A stretch of DNA of 64,000 nucleotides from an uncultured Desulfospira sp. (GCA_963663165.1 OY760175.1:2816001-2880000); one strand, 5' to 3'; positions 21,592 to 32,889 are shown, counted from the stretch's first letter. The notes: generated by a model not told the origin, from the letters alone. Program-made: numbers and translations.

Positions 21592-22308
21592 ATGAAAAAA
21601 CCGGCCATTGTCCTTTTTTTATTGATACTTTCTGTACCGGCCTTGCGTGCCCAGGAAATCACCCTTGTGGCAGGGATGTCGCTTCCGCCCTACTTTTTGC
21701 GGGAAACCCATAACGGTATGGAACATGATATTGTAAAAGAAGCCCTGGCTAAAAGCGGTTATACCCTGACGTTAAAATTTGTCCCTTTTATCCGGCTTGT
21801 TGTTGACTATCCCAAATATGACGGCGCCCTGACCATCAATGAGGCCTCAGGCGCAAAAGGCAGTTATTCCGATGTGGTTATCGTTTACCGGAATTATGCC
21901 ATTTCTCTTAAAGAAAAAAATATATTCATCCATACACTTCAGGACCTGAAAGACAAACGAATTATCGCTTTTCAAAACGCCACGACATATCTTGGGAACG
22001 TTTACAAAACAATTGTAGAGGCCAATCCCCATTACAAGGAAACCGCCGATCAGGAAGGCCAGGTAAAAATGCTCTTTTCCGGCAGAACAGACACGGTGGT
22101 GATGGACCGGAATATTTTCAAATATTTTAGAAAAACAACCACCGGAATGGATACCAGCCCCCAAGTGGTTTACCATAACCTGTTTGAGGCATCGGAATAC
22201 AAAGTCCTGTTTAATGACCCGGTTGTCAGGGACCGATTTAACAAGGGGCTTGCCCAATTAAAGGCATCCGGCCGGTACCAGGAGATCATCAACACCTATG
22301 TCGAATAA
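21592..22308 (+). CDS. Periplasmic substrate-binding protein (family 3-like)
   Basis: Signal peptide, LPPYF, G.EHDIVKEAL, FNKGL..LKASGRY. Confidence 0.85.
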   Translation: MKKPAIVLFLLILSVPALRAQEITLVAGMSLPPYFLRETHNGMEHDIVKEALAKSGYTLTLKFVPFIRLVVDYPKYDGALTINEASGAKGSYSDVVIVYRNYAISLKEKNIFIHTLQDLKDKRIIAFQNATTYLGNVYKTIVEANPHYKETADQEGQVKMLFSGRTDTVVMDRNIFKYFRKTTTGMDTSPQVVYHNLFEASEYKVLFNDPVVRDRFNKGLAQLKASGRYQEIINTYVE

Positions 22309-22311
22309 GGA

Positions 22312-23604
22312 TCACCCCCCGGCAAGGCCGTTGATAATCCGTTCAATCAGGTAAAGGGCACCCTTGGGTCCCATATGGGGTTTGGGAATCACATGCATAT
22401 AGCTTCCGGCAGGAAGGCTGATTTCAATTCCGGCAATGTCCGGATATTTAAGACCGAGCCTGGCGATAAACGCGCCGCTGCCAATAGCGATATCCGGTTT
22501 TACCCGGGCGGTATCTGCCTGCCATGCGTCAAGGCAATTAATGGATGCCAGAAATGCCTGGATTCTTTCCTCAAACAGGCCGGATTCCCCGGTCACCCAC
22601 ACGGAAACCGGCACCAGCCCTAAATACTCATAAAGCCAGACCAGCAGGGGCCAGACCAGGGACCCGTCTGCCGACAGGGCAAAACAGGCCCCCTTGGGAA
22701 GCCCGGTCAGGGTATTAAACCGGTTCAAGGCCGTATAGGCCTGCCTGCGGGCTTTTTGGATCATTTTCAACGCCGGTTCCGGATCCGCATCAAGGCGGCG
22801 GCAGACCAGCTCAATCCATGAGGCAGTGGCCTCAAACCCCACCGGCGCCCCCATGGGCGGCACCATGCTGGCCACGCCCCAATTTTCAGCCATAAACGGG
22901 ACCAGTTCTGTGGCGTATTCTTCGTGGATCACCACATTAAACCTTGCCGAGCCGGCATTTTCAAGTTCTGCCAAGGTACAGCCGGCGCCCATGCAGGTGT
23001 TGACCTGAATGCCGCAGGCATTGAGCAGCCCTTTGAGCTCATCCACATTTCCCTGAAAGTGGTGGTGGGCTATGCTGATTCCCACCAGGTTTACCGTTTT
23101 TTCAGACCAGGCCCGGCGTTTAACGTCAAGGGCCTTTAGCACCCCCATCATCCCGCGCTGAAACCCCTGGGACATGGGCAATGAAAACCCGGCGTTTTCA
23201 ATGGCAACACAAGGAACGGGCAGGCGGGCATTCTGGATAAACCGGTCCAGATCATCGCCGATCAAGGCCGCGCCCGGGGAGTTGACCACGGCAATGAGGC
23301 CATGCCCCTTTGCCGCCACCACGGGCAGGATATCCTCAAGTTTCCCGGTGGCCCCGAACACATAATCATAATCATCCAGAAAGGTGGCCGGGACCCGGGA
23401 CTGGCCAAAATAGAAGGGTTCCGAATAATAGAGCGGGTCCAGCAGGCCGGTCCTTGGCATCTGGCTCTCGCAAAGGGCCCCGTGAAAAAATTTACAGCCC
23501 GTGGGGCCGTTGAGCAGCACTGCCGCATCCCAAATCCCTTCAACGGCGGCAATGGCCCCGGTAAAACTGTCCGGGATCAGTATGGTCCCCTCAAATCCCG
23601 TCAT
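22312..23604 (-). CDS. Nitrogenase component 1-like subunit (K-like)
   Basis: NGPTGC, VFGA..KL, LIGDD, PVGFEAT..W; stop/start overlap with the upstream fusion gene. Confidence 0.85.
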   Translation of the reverse strand: MTGFEGTILIPDSFTGAIAAVEGIWDAAVLLNGPTGCKFFHGALCESQMPRTGLLDPLYYSEPFYFGQSRVPATFLDDYDYVFGATGKLEDILPVVAAKGHGLIAVVNSPGAALIGDDLDRFIQNARLPVPCVAIENAGFSLPMSQGFQRGMMGVLKALDVKRRAWSEKTVNLVGISIAHHHFQGNVDELKGLLNACGIQVNTCMGAGCTLAELENAGSARFNVVIHEEYATELVPFMAENWGVASMVPPMGAPVGFEATASWIELVCRRLDADPEPALKMIQKARRQAYTALNRFNTLTGLPKGACFALSADGSLVWPLLVWLYEYLGLVPVSVWVTGESGLFEERIQAFLASINCLDAWQADTARVKPDIAIGSGAFIARLGLKYPDIAGIEISLPAGSYMHVIPKPHMGPKGALYLIERIINGLAGG

Positions 23605-25837
23605 TTTTCCATCCTTCAGTTACCGGGGCGCACAGCAGGCCGGCCCAGCGCCGGGCAAAGGCAAGCCCGCTGTAAAAGCCTGTATCCGGGCACATGGGAA
23701 TGATATCCACATGCAGGTCAAAGGGCAGGTTTCGCGGGGTATAGTTCCCCAAAAGCAGGTCCGGCTTTAACCGTAACAGGTCCGGGTCCCGTTTGGCCGG
23801 GTCATAATCCAGCTCCACATCAAACTGCCCGGGATACCGGGTGATGAACCGGTTGTCCTGGGAATAGTTGAGAATCCCCACCTTAACCACGGTCATGCCC
23901 AGGTCCCCGGCCGCCTCAACGATCCAGTCCACATTGTGAATATAGGTAAGGATCATCAGCCGACGCCCTTTGAGCTGTTTGCTGTATGCCCGGATCATCT
24001 GGTCATAGGTTCGCTTATGGGAATCAATCAGGGCCTGCCCTTTATCCCGGCAGTTGAAAAAGTCCGCCACCTGAAGGATCCAGGCCACGGTTTCGGTAAA
24101 CCCCACGGGAAAGGGCAGGTCTGCCGTGGGTACGCCCAAGCGGGATTTCGCAAAATCAGCCATGAGCCTTCCCAGGTAATCATTGTAAGCCGCCAGGTTC
24201 AACGGTGCTTTTTTAAAATGCTTAAGCTGAGCCACCGTGGTGTTTCTGACAAACCGGCAGTTGACCCCGATGCCCATGGACTTGAGAAGCCCTGCCATGG
24301 CGGCAAAGTTGCTCTCGGCATTATAGGCGATATTTTTTTCCGCCAGGATGTTCACACACCGGTCCTCGGGGGTAACGGTTTCATCCACCAGGGCGGCGGC
24401 CCCCTCCATACAGGCATTGATGACCCCCTGCATGTAATCGCCCTGCATATTGCCGTCGGTGGCAATGGGGATCACCGGCACATGGGGATGCCGCTTGTGA
24501 ATATCTGTGATGGCGGCTTTGGGATCATCCCCGATCACCCCGGACGGGCAGGTGGTTAAAAGAAACACGGCCCCGGGCCGGTTTGAGGCGGTATTTTCCA
24601 CCGGCCGGTTCAAGGCCTGTTCGACGGTCTCAATCAGATTTTGTTTACCGCCGTAAATCACTACGGACTCGTCCATATCCGAGGAGACCACGGCCGGTGC
24701 CAGCTGATGGGCAAGGCGTATCTTTTTTTGAGCCTCCAGCCGGAGCCCGGCGGAAAGCACGGCCTGGCAGGCAATGTGGGTGCAGCTGGCCGGCCCGTGG
24801 GCCACGGTCACCGCATCCGTGATCTGGGTGGTGGTGGACAGGGCCCCGGAAAAAGCGCAGCCGTGCAGGGGTTCTCTTGAAATCAGGCTTTTGGATAAAA
24901 ACATGGGGGGCCGGCCAGAACCCTGCTGGTCCCGGGGGTCCCCGGATTGGCCGGCAGGTTCCGGATCTATGGTTTTTTCTTTAATGATGTTAAAGGGGGG
25001 TATCCCGGGGGCCTTATCCGGGCAGACCAGGTTTTCCAGGACGGTTTCATCCAGAAACCGGGCAGGGTAAACCGTCCTGTTCTCCAGGACATCCCGGGCC
25101 AGTTCCTGGAAAATCCAGGCTTCCCTGGAATCGCCAAATGCCTCCACCACGGTTTTTTCCTTCATTTCCGCCTGGCGGAACAGCCGGCTTCTCGGGATGA
25201 TCTGCTTTAAGGGAACCCCCACCTGACCGGCAAACCGCTTCAAAGGGTTACGGCCTTCATCTTCCCCCCGGGAGTTTAAAATCAGGCCGGCCAGCCCCAA
25301 CCCCTCCTGGTCAAAATTTTTCACGCCTTTGAGGATATTATTGGCCGCATAAACAGACATGAATTCCTCAGAGGTAACCACATATACCCGGTCGGCAAAC
25401 CCCCGGCGCAAGGGCACGGCAAAGCCCCCGCAGACCACATCCCCGAGCACATCGTAGACCACGACATCAAAGGCGTCCATGTCAAGCCCTAACCGCTCGA
25501 ACAGGGCAAAGGTGCTTAAAATCCCCCGGCCGGCGCACCCCACCCCGGGTTCAGGCCCGCCGGCTTCGGCACAGACCACCCCGCCAAAGCCCTTGTGAAG
25601 GACCTTGTCCAGGCGCTGCAAGGGGGGCGGCGTTTCTTTCATATAGTCCAGGGCCGTTACAATCCGCCGGCCGCCCAGCAGCAGGCGGGTGGAGTCGTGC
25701 TTGGGATCACACCCGATCTGCAGCACCTTTTTGCCCATGCCGGCCAGGGCGGCGGAAAGATTGGCACAGATGGTGGATTTGCCGATACCGCCTTTTCCAT
25801 ATATGGCGATTTTTATGGCCGGGCTTTGTTGGCCCAT
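23591..25837 (-). CDS. NifH-like Fe protein fused to a nitrogenase component 1 (D-like) domain
   Basis: [46 protein letters not shown]; then [22 protein letters not shown]; start placed at ATG 25837 behind an AGGA RBS. Confidence 0.9.
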   Translation of the reverse strand: MGQQSPAIKIAIYGKGGIGKSTICANLSAALAGMGKKVLQIGCDPKHDSTRLLLGGRRIVTALDYMKETPPPLQRLDKVLHKGFGGVVCAEAGGPEPGVGCAGRGILSTFALFERLGLDMDAFDVVVYDVLGDVVCGGFAVPLRRGFADRVYVVTSEEFMSVYAANNILKGVKNFDQEGLGLAGLILNSRGEDEGRNPLKRFAGQVGVPLKQIIPRSRLFRQAEMKEKTVVEAFGDSREAWIFQELARDVLENRTVYPARFLDETVLENLVCPDKAPGIPPFNIIKEKTIDPEPAGQSGDPRDQQGSGRPPMFLSKSLISREPLHGCAFSGALSTTTQITDAVTVAHGPASCTHIACQAVLSAGLRLEAQKKIRLAHQLAPAVVSSDMDESVVIYGGKQNLIETVEQALNRPVENTASNRPGAVFLLTTCPSGVIGDDPKAAITDIHKRHPHVPVIPIATDGNMQGDYMQGVINACMEGAAALVDETVTPEDRCVNILAEKNIAYNAESNFAAMAGLLKSMGIGVNCRFVRNTTVAQLKHFKKAPLNLAAYNDYLGRLMADFAKSRLGVPTADLPFPVGFTETVAWILQVADFFNCRDKGQALIDSHKRTYDQMIRAYSKQLKGRRLMILTYIHNVDWIVEAAGDLGMTVVKVGILNYSQDNRFITRYPGQFDVELDYDPAKRDPDLLRLKPDLLLGNYTPRNLPFDLHVDIIPMCPDTGFYSGLAFARRWAGLLCAPVTEGWKNDGI

Positions 25838-25859
25838 ATTAAAATTCCTGACAGAACAT

Positions 25860-26840
25860 TTAAGGGGTAACCCCCACCCACCTGCCGTCACGGGCCGATT
25901 TAAGACAGGCCTCACAGATTTGAACAGCGGCCAGGCCCTCTTTGGCCGGGATGGGATTAGGGGCACCGCGCAAAAACTTTTGAAAATCCCCCAGTAACGG
26001 CATAATGGTGTGGACCTGATGTTTAGGGCTTAAGTCCGACAGGGCTTGTCCTTTAACCTTGGTGACCCGGTTATAAATATGGTCGCCCCAGAGCTGCCCC
26101 TTTTCCCCCACGAACTGAAACGATCCGGAACGGGCATGCCCCACCTTTGAACAGTCAACCGTGCCCACCACCCCGTCTTCCATCTCCAGCAGAACGGCCA
26201 GCAGATCCTCAAGGGGGTTTTTCCCATGACAGCGGGTGACGGCCGAGACCCGGACAATTTCCCGGCCGGTGATAAGCCGGAGGGCGTCAAACACATGGAC
26301 TGCGGTATGAAAGCTGACCCCGGCACCGGCAAGTTCCGGGGCATGAAGCCATTCAAGGGTGGCCGGTTCCAGCCGCTGATTGGCAGCAAAACTGAACATG
26401 GGGCCAAGATTTGGCAGTTCTGTTTTCAGTATGCCCACCACCGCATTATACCGCAGGGTATGGCCGACCATGAGATGAAGCCCCTCATGCCGGGAAAGCC
26501 TTTCAATAAACCGGGCATCTTCAAGGCTGCCCGCCAGGGGCTTTTCCAGAAGAAGCGGCTTTTGAGCTTTGGCACAGGCCAGGGCAATGTCCTTGTTCAA
26601 AGCCGGCGGCACCACGGAAATGACGGCATCAACATCATCGGCGACCACCAGTCCCTGCCAGTCACGGTGATACCGGCATTGCCACTGCCCGGCCTGAACA
26701 GCCCCCTTGGCCGAACGGCGGCTGACGGCCTGAAGTAAAAGCCCGGGAATGTCATGAACCAAATGATGGGCATACCGGCTGCCGTGTTTGCCCGTGCCGA
26801 TCACTCCGACGCGCATGGGCCTTATGTTTTCGGTCATCAT
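25860..26840 (-). CDS. Gfo/Idh/MocA family NAD(P)-dependent oxidoreductase
   Basis: [11 protein letters not shown]ossmann motif, LLEKPL, VGHTLRY. Confidence 0.9.
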   Translation of the reverse strand: MMTENIRPMRVGVIGTGKHGSRYAHHLVHDIPGLLLQAVSRRSAKGAVQAGQWQCRYHRDWQGLVVADDVDAVISVVPPALNKDIALACAKAQKPLLLEKPLAGSLEDARFIERLSRHEGLHLMVGHTLRYNAVVGILKTELPNLGPMFSFAANQRLEPATLEWLHAPELAGAGVSFHTAVHVFDALRLITGREIVRVSAVTRCHGKNPLEDLLAVLLEMEDGVVGTVDCSKVGHARSGSFQFVGEKGQLWGDHIYNRVTKVKGQALSDLSPKHQVHTIMPLLGDFQKFLRGAPNPIPAKEGLAAVQICEACLKSARDGRWVGVTP

Positions 26841-26965
26841 GCCTGTTCTGGCGAGTCCTTTTCACTAGAGCCTGTTTATCGGATTTTCTATGTACAACAG
26901 ACTGAGCCATTTGGCAAATAGCCGGCCCATCGTACTGAGTATAATTTTTAAAAATTAAGAATGAT

Positions 26966-27079
26966 CTCCAAAAAATTGGACTTGGGACTTGGGATATGGG
27001 ACCTGGGGATTGCGGCATCCACGGCCTCCCCAAGTCCCATATCCCATATCCCAAGTCTCAACAATATACATTATTATCC
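26966..27079 (+). repeat. 114-bp hairpin repeat, copy 2 (uninterrupted site)
   Basis: Identical to 21346-21459. Confidence 0.95.
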
Positions 27080-27138
27080 ATACCGACACAACAAACAGTC
27101 GGCGGATATGATAACCCTGCAAGTGCTATGGTGAAGTG

Positions 27139-28554
27139 TTAGATATAAGGGGAAAGCCCCGGGCAAAAGGCTTCAAAGTCGCGGATCCGGGCCTCCATAT
27201 CTTCCGGAAGCGGCTGAGTTTGGGAAGCCGGACCCCCATTCTGCCCTAAGAAAGTTTCAGCAAAGGCCGGGATTTGTTCTGCCTCAAGCATAATGCCGGG
27301 ATGCCGGTTATCCCGTTCAATCACCACCTCTTTGTCCGGGTTCAGGCAGACCACGGCATGGGGATACCGCAACGAAGCAGAGGGCCTCAGTGCTGCGGCA
27401 TTATAGGTGAGCTTTAAGGTCAGGCCGGACAGGTCGCCATGGGGCCAGAGCCTTTGACTTACGGCCACACGATCTCTTTTTTCGGACACATGCCAGTCGG
27501 TTTCCTTCTTTCCCTTTTTTTCAAACCCGTCACAAAGGGTCTGGACCAGGCCGGGATCGCCACAAAATTCCATGGTCCGGATGTATCCGGGTTGGGTTAT
27601 GTCTTCCCAGGGGTAGGCCACCATTGAGCCGTTGCGCCGTCTTGCCGCCGCCTTCTGGAACTGGTTGCGGAAGGTAAAAGAGCAGTAGTTGACCGGCAGC
27701 AAAATTTGTTCTTCCAGTGCATGGAGAACAAGGGACAATGCGGTCAGTTCCGTTTCAAGGACGGCCGTTCCCGGCCCATGAAGAAAGGTATACCCCCGGT
27801 TGATGAGTTTGGGGGTGTTAAACGGGGTACAGCGGATCTGGTGAAGGTTTAAAAAATTGACCCCGGTGTCGGCAAGGACCTTCAGCAACGGTTTTGTTTT
27901 TTCCAGGTCTTCGGGAATGGCCGGGATTTCAACGGTGACAATGGGAATGATCCCGACGGCTTTTTTCAGGCTGTTCAGATGATAATCCACAGCAGACAGG
28001 TCAAAGCGTATTTCCTTAAGACCGTTGTCCCGGAGGGCCTTGAGCCGGTCGGAGCTGGCCAGAATGCCGTTGGTATACATCCAGGTGTGAAGGGGCGATT
28101 TCACCTGTTCCCCAAGCGCCTTGAGAAAAGCGACCACCCGGTCAAGGGTCATGAGGGGTTCTCCGCCGCTGAACCCCACCCCCTGAATATCAAACCGCTT
28201 CACATAATCGGCATAGTCCCGGGGTTGGTCAAACTCTACCGAACTTGTGATGGGAACGCCCGGCTCTTTTTGGGGGGCGGGGCAGTAAAAACAGCCCGCA
28301 TTGCAGATGCCGTTGATAAACAGGCAGGACCATTTTCCCTGGCCGCACAGGGCACAGCCCGGAGACATGCCGTGGGCAAACAGCTTGGTCCCTTCAAAGG
28401 CCCATCCGGCCTTAGCGTCCTGCTGGTCAAATATCCGGCCAAGCAGCTCCTCACGATACTGCTCGGCTGCCCGGGCTGCTCCGGCCGAAAGCCAGTGCAT
28501 GGTCTGGTACAATCCGGGGAATTCCCTGCGGGTACGGTTAATCCAGGGGTTCAT
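27139..28554 (-). CDS. Radical SAM protein of unknown function
   Basis: CNAGCFYC, SGGEP, YTNG, EIRF; extra N-terminal PGCALC. Confidence 0.9.
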   Translation of the reverse strand: MNPWINRTRREFPGLYQTMHWLSAGAARAAEQYREELLGRIFDQQDAKAGWAFEGTKLFAHGMSPGCALCGQGKWSCLFINGICNAGCFYCPAPQKEPGVPITSSVEFDQPRDYADYVKRFDIQGVGFSGGEPLMTLDRVVAFLKALGEQVKSPLHTWMYTNGILASSDRLKALRDNGLKEIRFDLSAVDYHLNSLKKAVGIIPIVTVEIPAIPEDLEKTKPLLKVLADTGVNFLNLHQIRCTPFNTPKLINRGYTFLHGPGTAVLETELTALSLVLHALEEQILLPVNYCSFTFRNQFQKAAARRRNGSMVAYPWEDITQPGYIRTMEFCGDPGLVQTLCDGFEKKGKKETDWHVSEKRDRVAVSQRLWPHGDLSGLTLKLTYNAAALRPSASLRYPHAVVCLNPDKEVVIERDNRHPGIMLEAEQIPAFAETFLGQNGGPASQTQPLPEDMEARIRDFEAFCPGLSPYI

Positions 28555-28676
28555 ATCAAATTATAAATAATAAAATTCATCTCAAGGCCAAAGGGACACA
28601 CCGGCAAAACAGAAGCCACAGATCCTGTTTCTGCTGTAAACCGGAACCAAAAGTTCTTTTCTAATGCTGTTTATGG

Positions 28677-28862
28677 CTAATACTTCTCTTCCCAGCTGTC
28701 TTCCGGATTCCGATCCCGCTGACGTTTCTTTTTTCCCTTTTTTTTTCTGTGAAAAAAATCGTCTAAATCTTCATCACTGTAGGATTCGTCATAATGGTTT
28801 CGAAATTTTGGATTTTTGATTTTCCTGGATTTCCCAGGCCGCTCATGATCATACTTTCCCAT
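28677..28862 (-). CDS. Small highly charged hypothetical protein (61 aa)
   Basis: ATG at 28862 behind AAGGA; downstream of a sigma54-type promoter. Confidence 0.55.
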   Translation of the reverse strand: MGKYDHERPGKSRKIKNPKFRNHYDESYSDEDLDDFFHRKKKGKKKRQRDRNPEDSWEEKY

Positions 28863-28925
28863 GGAATCGTCCTTTAATACAGCATTCTTTCCCGGCAGCA
28901 AGCCGGCGTTCAAGGCTTCTTGGCG

Positions 28926-28941
28926 AGCAGGTTTCATGCCA
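28926..28941 (-). promoter_or_regulatory. Sigma54 -24/-12 promoter
   Basis: Minus strand TGGCATGAAACCTGCT (GG-N10-GC). Confidence 0.65.
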
Positions 28942-29028
28942 TAAGGTGAAAAAAATCTGTCTTTTAATTTATTCCGGCTAAAAAATTATTCTACCTGGGG
29001 CATTGATGACCATTTTTCAGATAGAACC

Positions 29029-29044
29029 GGGCATGAAATTTGCT
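29029..29044 (+). promoter_or_regulatory. Sigma54 -24/-12 promoter for the dksA-like gene
   Basis: GGGCATGAAATTTGCT (GG-N10-GC). Confidence 0.65.
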
Positions 29045-29120
29045 GTGAACTGCTTTCATTTGCAACCCTCTTTCAGACAGAACATCAACCGGCAACAGAT
29101 TTATCTCATGGGAGCGAATA

Positions 29121-29480
29121 ATGGACCCTAAAGAAATGGAACGATTCAAGGCCATACTGACCGAGCAGGTAGACCGTCTTTTAGATCAGGCCAAAATCAG
29201 CAAATCAGAATTGGCCACGGAAAACACGAGGGAAACCGAATATGTGGACCGGGCCTCAATCCATGCAGCCCAGGCCCTGCGGCTCCGGTTCCGTACCCGG
29301 GAAAGCCGGCTGCTCAACAAGCTTCGGCTGGCCCTGGAGCGGATAGAAAACGGCACTTACGGGGAATGTGAGATCTGCGGAGAGCCCATTTCCATTCAAC
29401 GGCTTGAAGCCAGGCCAGTCACCACAAAATGTATTAGCTGCAAAGAGCAGGAAGAACTTATGGAAGCCATCTCCAAATAA
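29121..29480 (+). CDS. dksA: DksA/TraR C4 zinc-finger RNA polymerase-binding protein
   Basis: EYVDRA coiled-coil tip, YGECEICGEPI..RLEARP..CISCK. Confidence 0.85.
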   Translation: MDPKEMERFKAILTEQVDRLLDQAKISKSELATENTRETEYVDRASIHAAQALRLRFRTRESRLLNKLRLALERIENGTYGECEICGEPISIQRLEARPVTTKCISCKEQEELMEAISK

Positions 29481-29721
29481 GGGCTGCCGGTACTCTTTTG
29501 CCTTATTCAAAGCCTTTTTATTGCTTAGCTGTTCGAAATTTTACCCTTTTTCCGTGAATCTGAATTTTACTTTTTACCGGCATCTTCTCGCGAAAAATGT
29601 GTTTAACCCTTGCAAGTTTTTTCTTTTTTCCTTAAATAAAAGCAACAGATAAGAACTGAAAATTCCGTTTTAAACAAGAAAACGGAACAGGGCGTTCACC
29701 TAAAAGGCTGAGCAGGGAATT

Positions 29722-31125
29722 TTGAAAAAACTCCATTTCATTCTGACACAGACCGGCGGTTTTAAGGAAATCCGGGACAGCCTTGGCCGGACCTTTGATA
29801 TCGACCTCAGCCGGCAGCTAACCCCTGCCCTTCAGGTGATGGGCCGAAGCCGGCCGGATTTCATATTTATTGACATTGAAATCCTGATGCAGGCAGCGTC
29901 CAACAGCAGTTTCAAGGCGTTATTCCAGACCATTGCCCTGATCTGCCCCAACATCAGCATCATCGTTCTTTCCCCTGCCGGCCTTTTGCCCCACGCTGTA
30001 AAAATGGTTCATGAGGGGGCCCAGTCTTATCTGACCTACCCCCTTGTGGCCGATGAAATCCAGCTGGTGGTCAACAGCATCATTGAGCAGGCCCGGGCCC
30101 GGTCGGAGCTGGACTATTTGAGGGACCAGGTATGGCAGGAGGATGACTTTGAGCTGCTCAATTCCAAAAGCCCTGCCATGAAAACGGTCTTTGAAAAAAT
30201 CCGGGCCGTGGCCCCCACCCGGAGTACCGTGCTGTTAACCGGGGAAACCGGCACCGGCAAGGGGTTTACAGCCCGGTTCATTCATAAGATTTCCCAAAGA
30301 AAAAATGACCGGTTTATTGAGGTTCACTGCGGGGCCATTCCCGACACCCTGGTGGAAAGTGAAATGTTCGGCCATGAAAAAGGGGCATTTACCGGCGCAT
30401 TCAAACGAAAGCTGGGAAAATTTGAACTGGCCGGAAGCGGGACCATCTTTCTGGACGAAATCGGCACCATTACCCCGCCGGTCCAGATCAAGCTTCTCCA
30501 GGTGCTTCAAAACGGCACCTTTCACCGGGTGGGCGGTGAAGAAGAAATTCAGTCAGATGTCCGAATCATCGCCGCGTCCAATATCGATCTAAAACAGCTC
30601 AGGGATGAAAAGCTTTTCCGCTCGGATCTGTATTACCGGCTCAATGTGTTTCCAGTGGAACTGCCCTGCTTAAATGAACGAAAAGAGGACATTCCCCAAT
30701 TGGTGGAAATCTTTCTGGCCAAGCTGAACACCTTCCATTCCAAGGCCATTTCCCAGGTGCATCCCAAGGTGCTAGAGGCATTTTTGACCTATTCCTGGCC
30801 GGGCAATATCCGGGAGCTTGAAAATGTTCTGGAAAGGGCATACATCCTTGAAAGCACCTCCACACTGCGGCCGGAAAATTTTCCAGTGGAACTGTTCACC
30901 CACTCCCCCCAACCCTTTTCCGGAACCATTGACCAGGGCATGACACTGGCCCAGGTCAGAAAACAGGAAGTGGAACGGGTCGAACAAAAGTACCTGGACC
31001 TGCTGTTGACAAAATTCGGCGGCAGGATAAACGCCACGGCAAACGCCGCCGGCATCACCACCCGGCAGCTCCACAAGCTGATGAAAAAACACGCGCTGAT
31101 CAAAGAAACCTATAAAAAGAAATAG
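29722..31125 (+). CDS. Sigma54-dependent transcriptional regulator with receiver-like N-terminus
   Basis: GETGTGKG, GHEKGAFTGA, FLDEIG, WPGNIREL, HTH. Confidence 0.92.
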   Translation: MKKLHFILTQTGGFKEIRDSLGRTFDIDLSRQLTPALQVMGRSRPDFIFIDIEILMQAASNSSFKALFQTIALICPNISIIVLSPAGLLPHAVKMVHEGAQSYLTYPLVADEIQLVVNSIIEQARARSELDYLRDQVWQEDDFELLNSKSPAMKTVFEKIRAVAPTRSTVLLTGETGTGKGFTARFIHKISQRKNDRFIEVHCGAIPDTLVESEMFGHEKGAFTGAFKRKLGKFELAGSGTIFLDEIGTITPPVQIKLLQVLQNGTFHRVGGEEEIQSDVRIIAASNIDLKQLRDEKLFRSDLYYRLNVFPVELPCLNERKEDIPQLVEIFLAKLNTFHSKAISQVHPKVLEAFLTYSWPGNIRELENVLERAYILESTSTLRPENFPVELFTHSPQPFSGTIDQGMTLAQVRKQEVERVEQKYLDLLLTKFGGRINATANAAGITTRQLHKLMKKHALIKETYKKK

Positions 31126-31139
31126 CCGCCCATGCCCCC

Positions 31140-32300
31140 CTACCCTTTTGCATGGGGCGCCAGGGGTTTTTTGGGGAAAAACCATGCTTTGTCCAGATAA
31201 GGAAAGTGCCTCATGGCCCATTCAAGGGGGGCATTGGAATGGGACTTCAGCCAGAGCCGGATCACCGCCTGGTATAAACCAAAAAAAAGGATGGCCCCGG
31301 CAACCACCGGCAGAACAGCGTAATCCTCTCTAATTTGGGGGACATGCTCAGCAAAGTTTATCCATAGAACATGAAGGACGTACAGGGTCAGGGTGCTTTT
31401 CCCTGCAAAAATAAAATAACTGGCTATCCGCTGCCCAAAAGATGCGGCCCATATCAAGCTCAGGGAAATGACGAAAAGGCCGGTTCCAAGTCCCGATACA
31501 ATGGAAAAAGGACTGGGAAGGGTCAGATCCATCCCGGTCAACTCGGCCCAAACCATGTAAATCAGAGCTGCCTGGTCCCGGGAACTGCCACAGGAAAGGG
31601 CTGCCCGGGCCATGGCACCCGGCATAAAATCTGCGGCCGCCCCGCAAATCACCATCATCACAAGGCCTGAAACCAGAAGTTTGAATAAAAAGGACAGTTT
31701 GTCCAGATGCTGCCGTCCCAGCCACATGCCGAAAAGATAGAGGCAGGCCCAGGGAAACACAGGATAGTAACCCGTGAAAAACAGGTCTGACACCATCCCG
31801 GCAAAACTTTCAGGGTCTATGTTTTCCAGGCCCTGGGCAATCAGGTCAAGGAACCGGACAAAGCCTGTCAGCCAGAAGACAGCCGCAGCGGCCAAAAGCC
31901 TTTTGCCGGGCATCTGTCCGAAGATGATGCCGATAAAAATAAACACCCCGTAATAATGAAGGATGTCGGCAGACCAGATTTGGGTCAGCAGCCCTCCCGA
32001 TAAAATCAGAAACACCGCCCGTTTAAAAAAAACTTTCCGGCTATGATATATCCCGGCATTTTTGACCAGCAGGGTCATGCCCACACCGGCCAGCATGACC
32101 AGAACAACAGCCGCCCGCCGGTCCATATATTCAAGCCCATGGAAAAGCCAGACCGGGGACGTCTCTTTCACACAAAAAAAGGCTCTAAAATCTATAATTA
32201 TCATGGCAAAGATGGCCAGGCCCCTTGCCAGGTCAATCCCCTGCAGCCGGGTTGATTTATTGTTAGGTATGCTGCCCATTGGTTTGCCGCTTCCTTTCAC
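31140..32300 (-). CDS. DUF418/DUF1624-like membrane protein
   Basis: RLQGIDLARGLAI, DILHYYG, YPVFPW, LTLYVLH, PLEWAMR. Confidence 0.8.
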   Translation of the reverse strand: MKGSGKPMGSIPNNKSTRLQGIDLARGLAIFAMIIIDFRAFFCVKETSPVWLFHGLEYMDRRAAVVLVMLAGVGMTLLVKNAGIYHSRKVFFKRAVFLILSGGLLTQIWSADILHYYGVFIFIGIIFGQMPGKRLLAAAAVFWLTGFVRFLDLIAQGLENIDPESFAGMVSDLFFTGYYPVFPWACLYLFGMWLGRQHLDKLSFLFKLLVSGLVMMVICGAAADFMPGAMARAALSCGSSRDQAALIYMVWAELTGMDLTLPSPFSIVSGLGTGLFVISLSLIWAASFGQRIASYFIFAGKSTLTLYVLHVLWINFAEHVPQIREDYAVLPVVAGAILFFGLYQAVIRLWLKSHSNAPLEWAMRHFPYLDKAWFFPKKPLAPHAKG

Positions 32301-32856
32301 CGCTGTTGCCTGTGCCCTTGCCCGGCGGGTCAGCCCCCCGTTTTGTAAACGGCCCTTCCCTGCCCGGCTGTTTTACCGCACCTTGTAAAGTGCAGGCTTT
32401 TCGTAAACAATTCATAAAGTGCGCCAAAAGATGAAAGGAAACGCAAAAGGCCGGCATGCGGCTGAGATGCTTTTTAAGGTTTTGTTTTTAATCGGTTTTT
32501 TGTTTATCGAGGGCAGAAGCAGTCCAGCCAAAATCCGGGGCACAGGCACTTTTCATTCAAAGCTGTCTGCCAAACCGGAACTTAGAATTCTTTTTCCCCC
32601 AATTTACCGTTTTTTAAACATCAAGCCCGGGTAGTTTAGAGTATAATCCGTAAATCTTGCAGCTCGCTATCGAACGGGTCTTGAATTCGAGTTCGATTTC
32701 GATTTCGAGTCACACGTCCGGACTGCATGAAAAGAATCCATCATGAATATGGGATCTTGTGCCTCAACCCAATGAGGCATGTTTTAAACCGGAAAAATTT
32801 TTGTGGGCGGTTCTTGGTTGGATAACCAAGACGGCCCGTGGCCGTCAGTGCCATAT

Positions 32857-32889
32857 GTCCACACTGTCCACCAGGTCCACTATGTCCAC
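32857..32889 (+). repeat. GTCCAC x4 array at 9-bp period
   Basis: Same unit as 13164-13204. Confidence 0.7.

Noticed and set aside
22312..25837. True nitrogen-fixing nifHDK
   Set aside because: No FeMo-co Cys ligand, incomplete P-cluster ligands in the K-like subunit, and no nif accessory genes in the window
25838..25966. N-terminal 43 aa of the 791-aa ORF
   Set aside because: Overlaps the upstream gene; NifH homology and an RBS support ATG 25837
29645..29657. 13-bp minus-strand match to the IS91 end (agttcttatctgt)
   Set aside because: Short, with no other IS sequence nearby; may be chance
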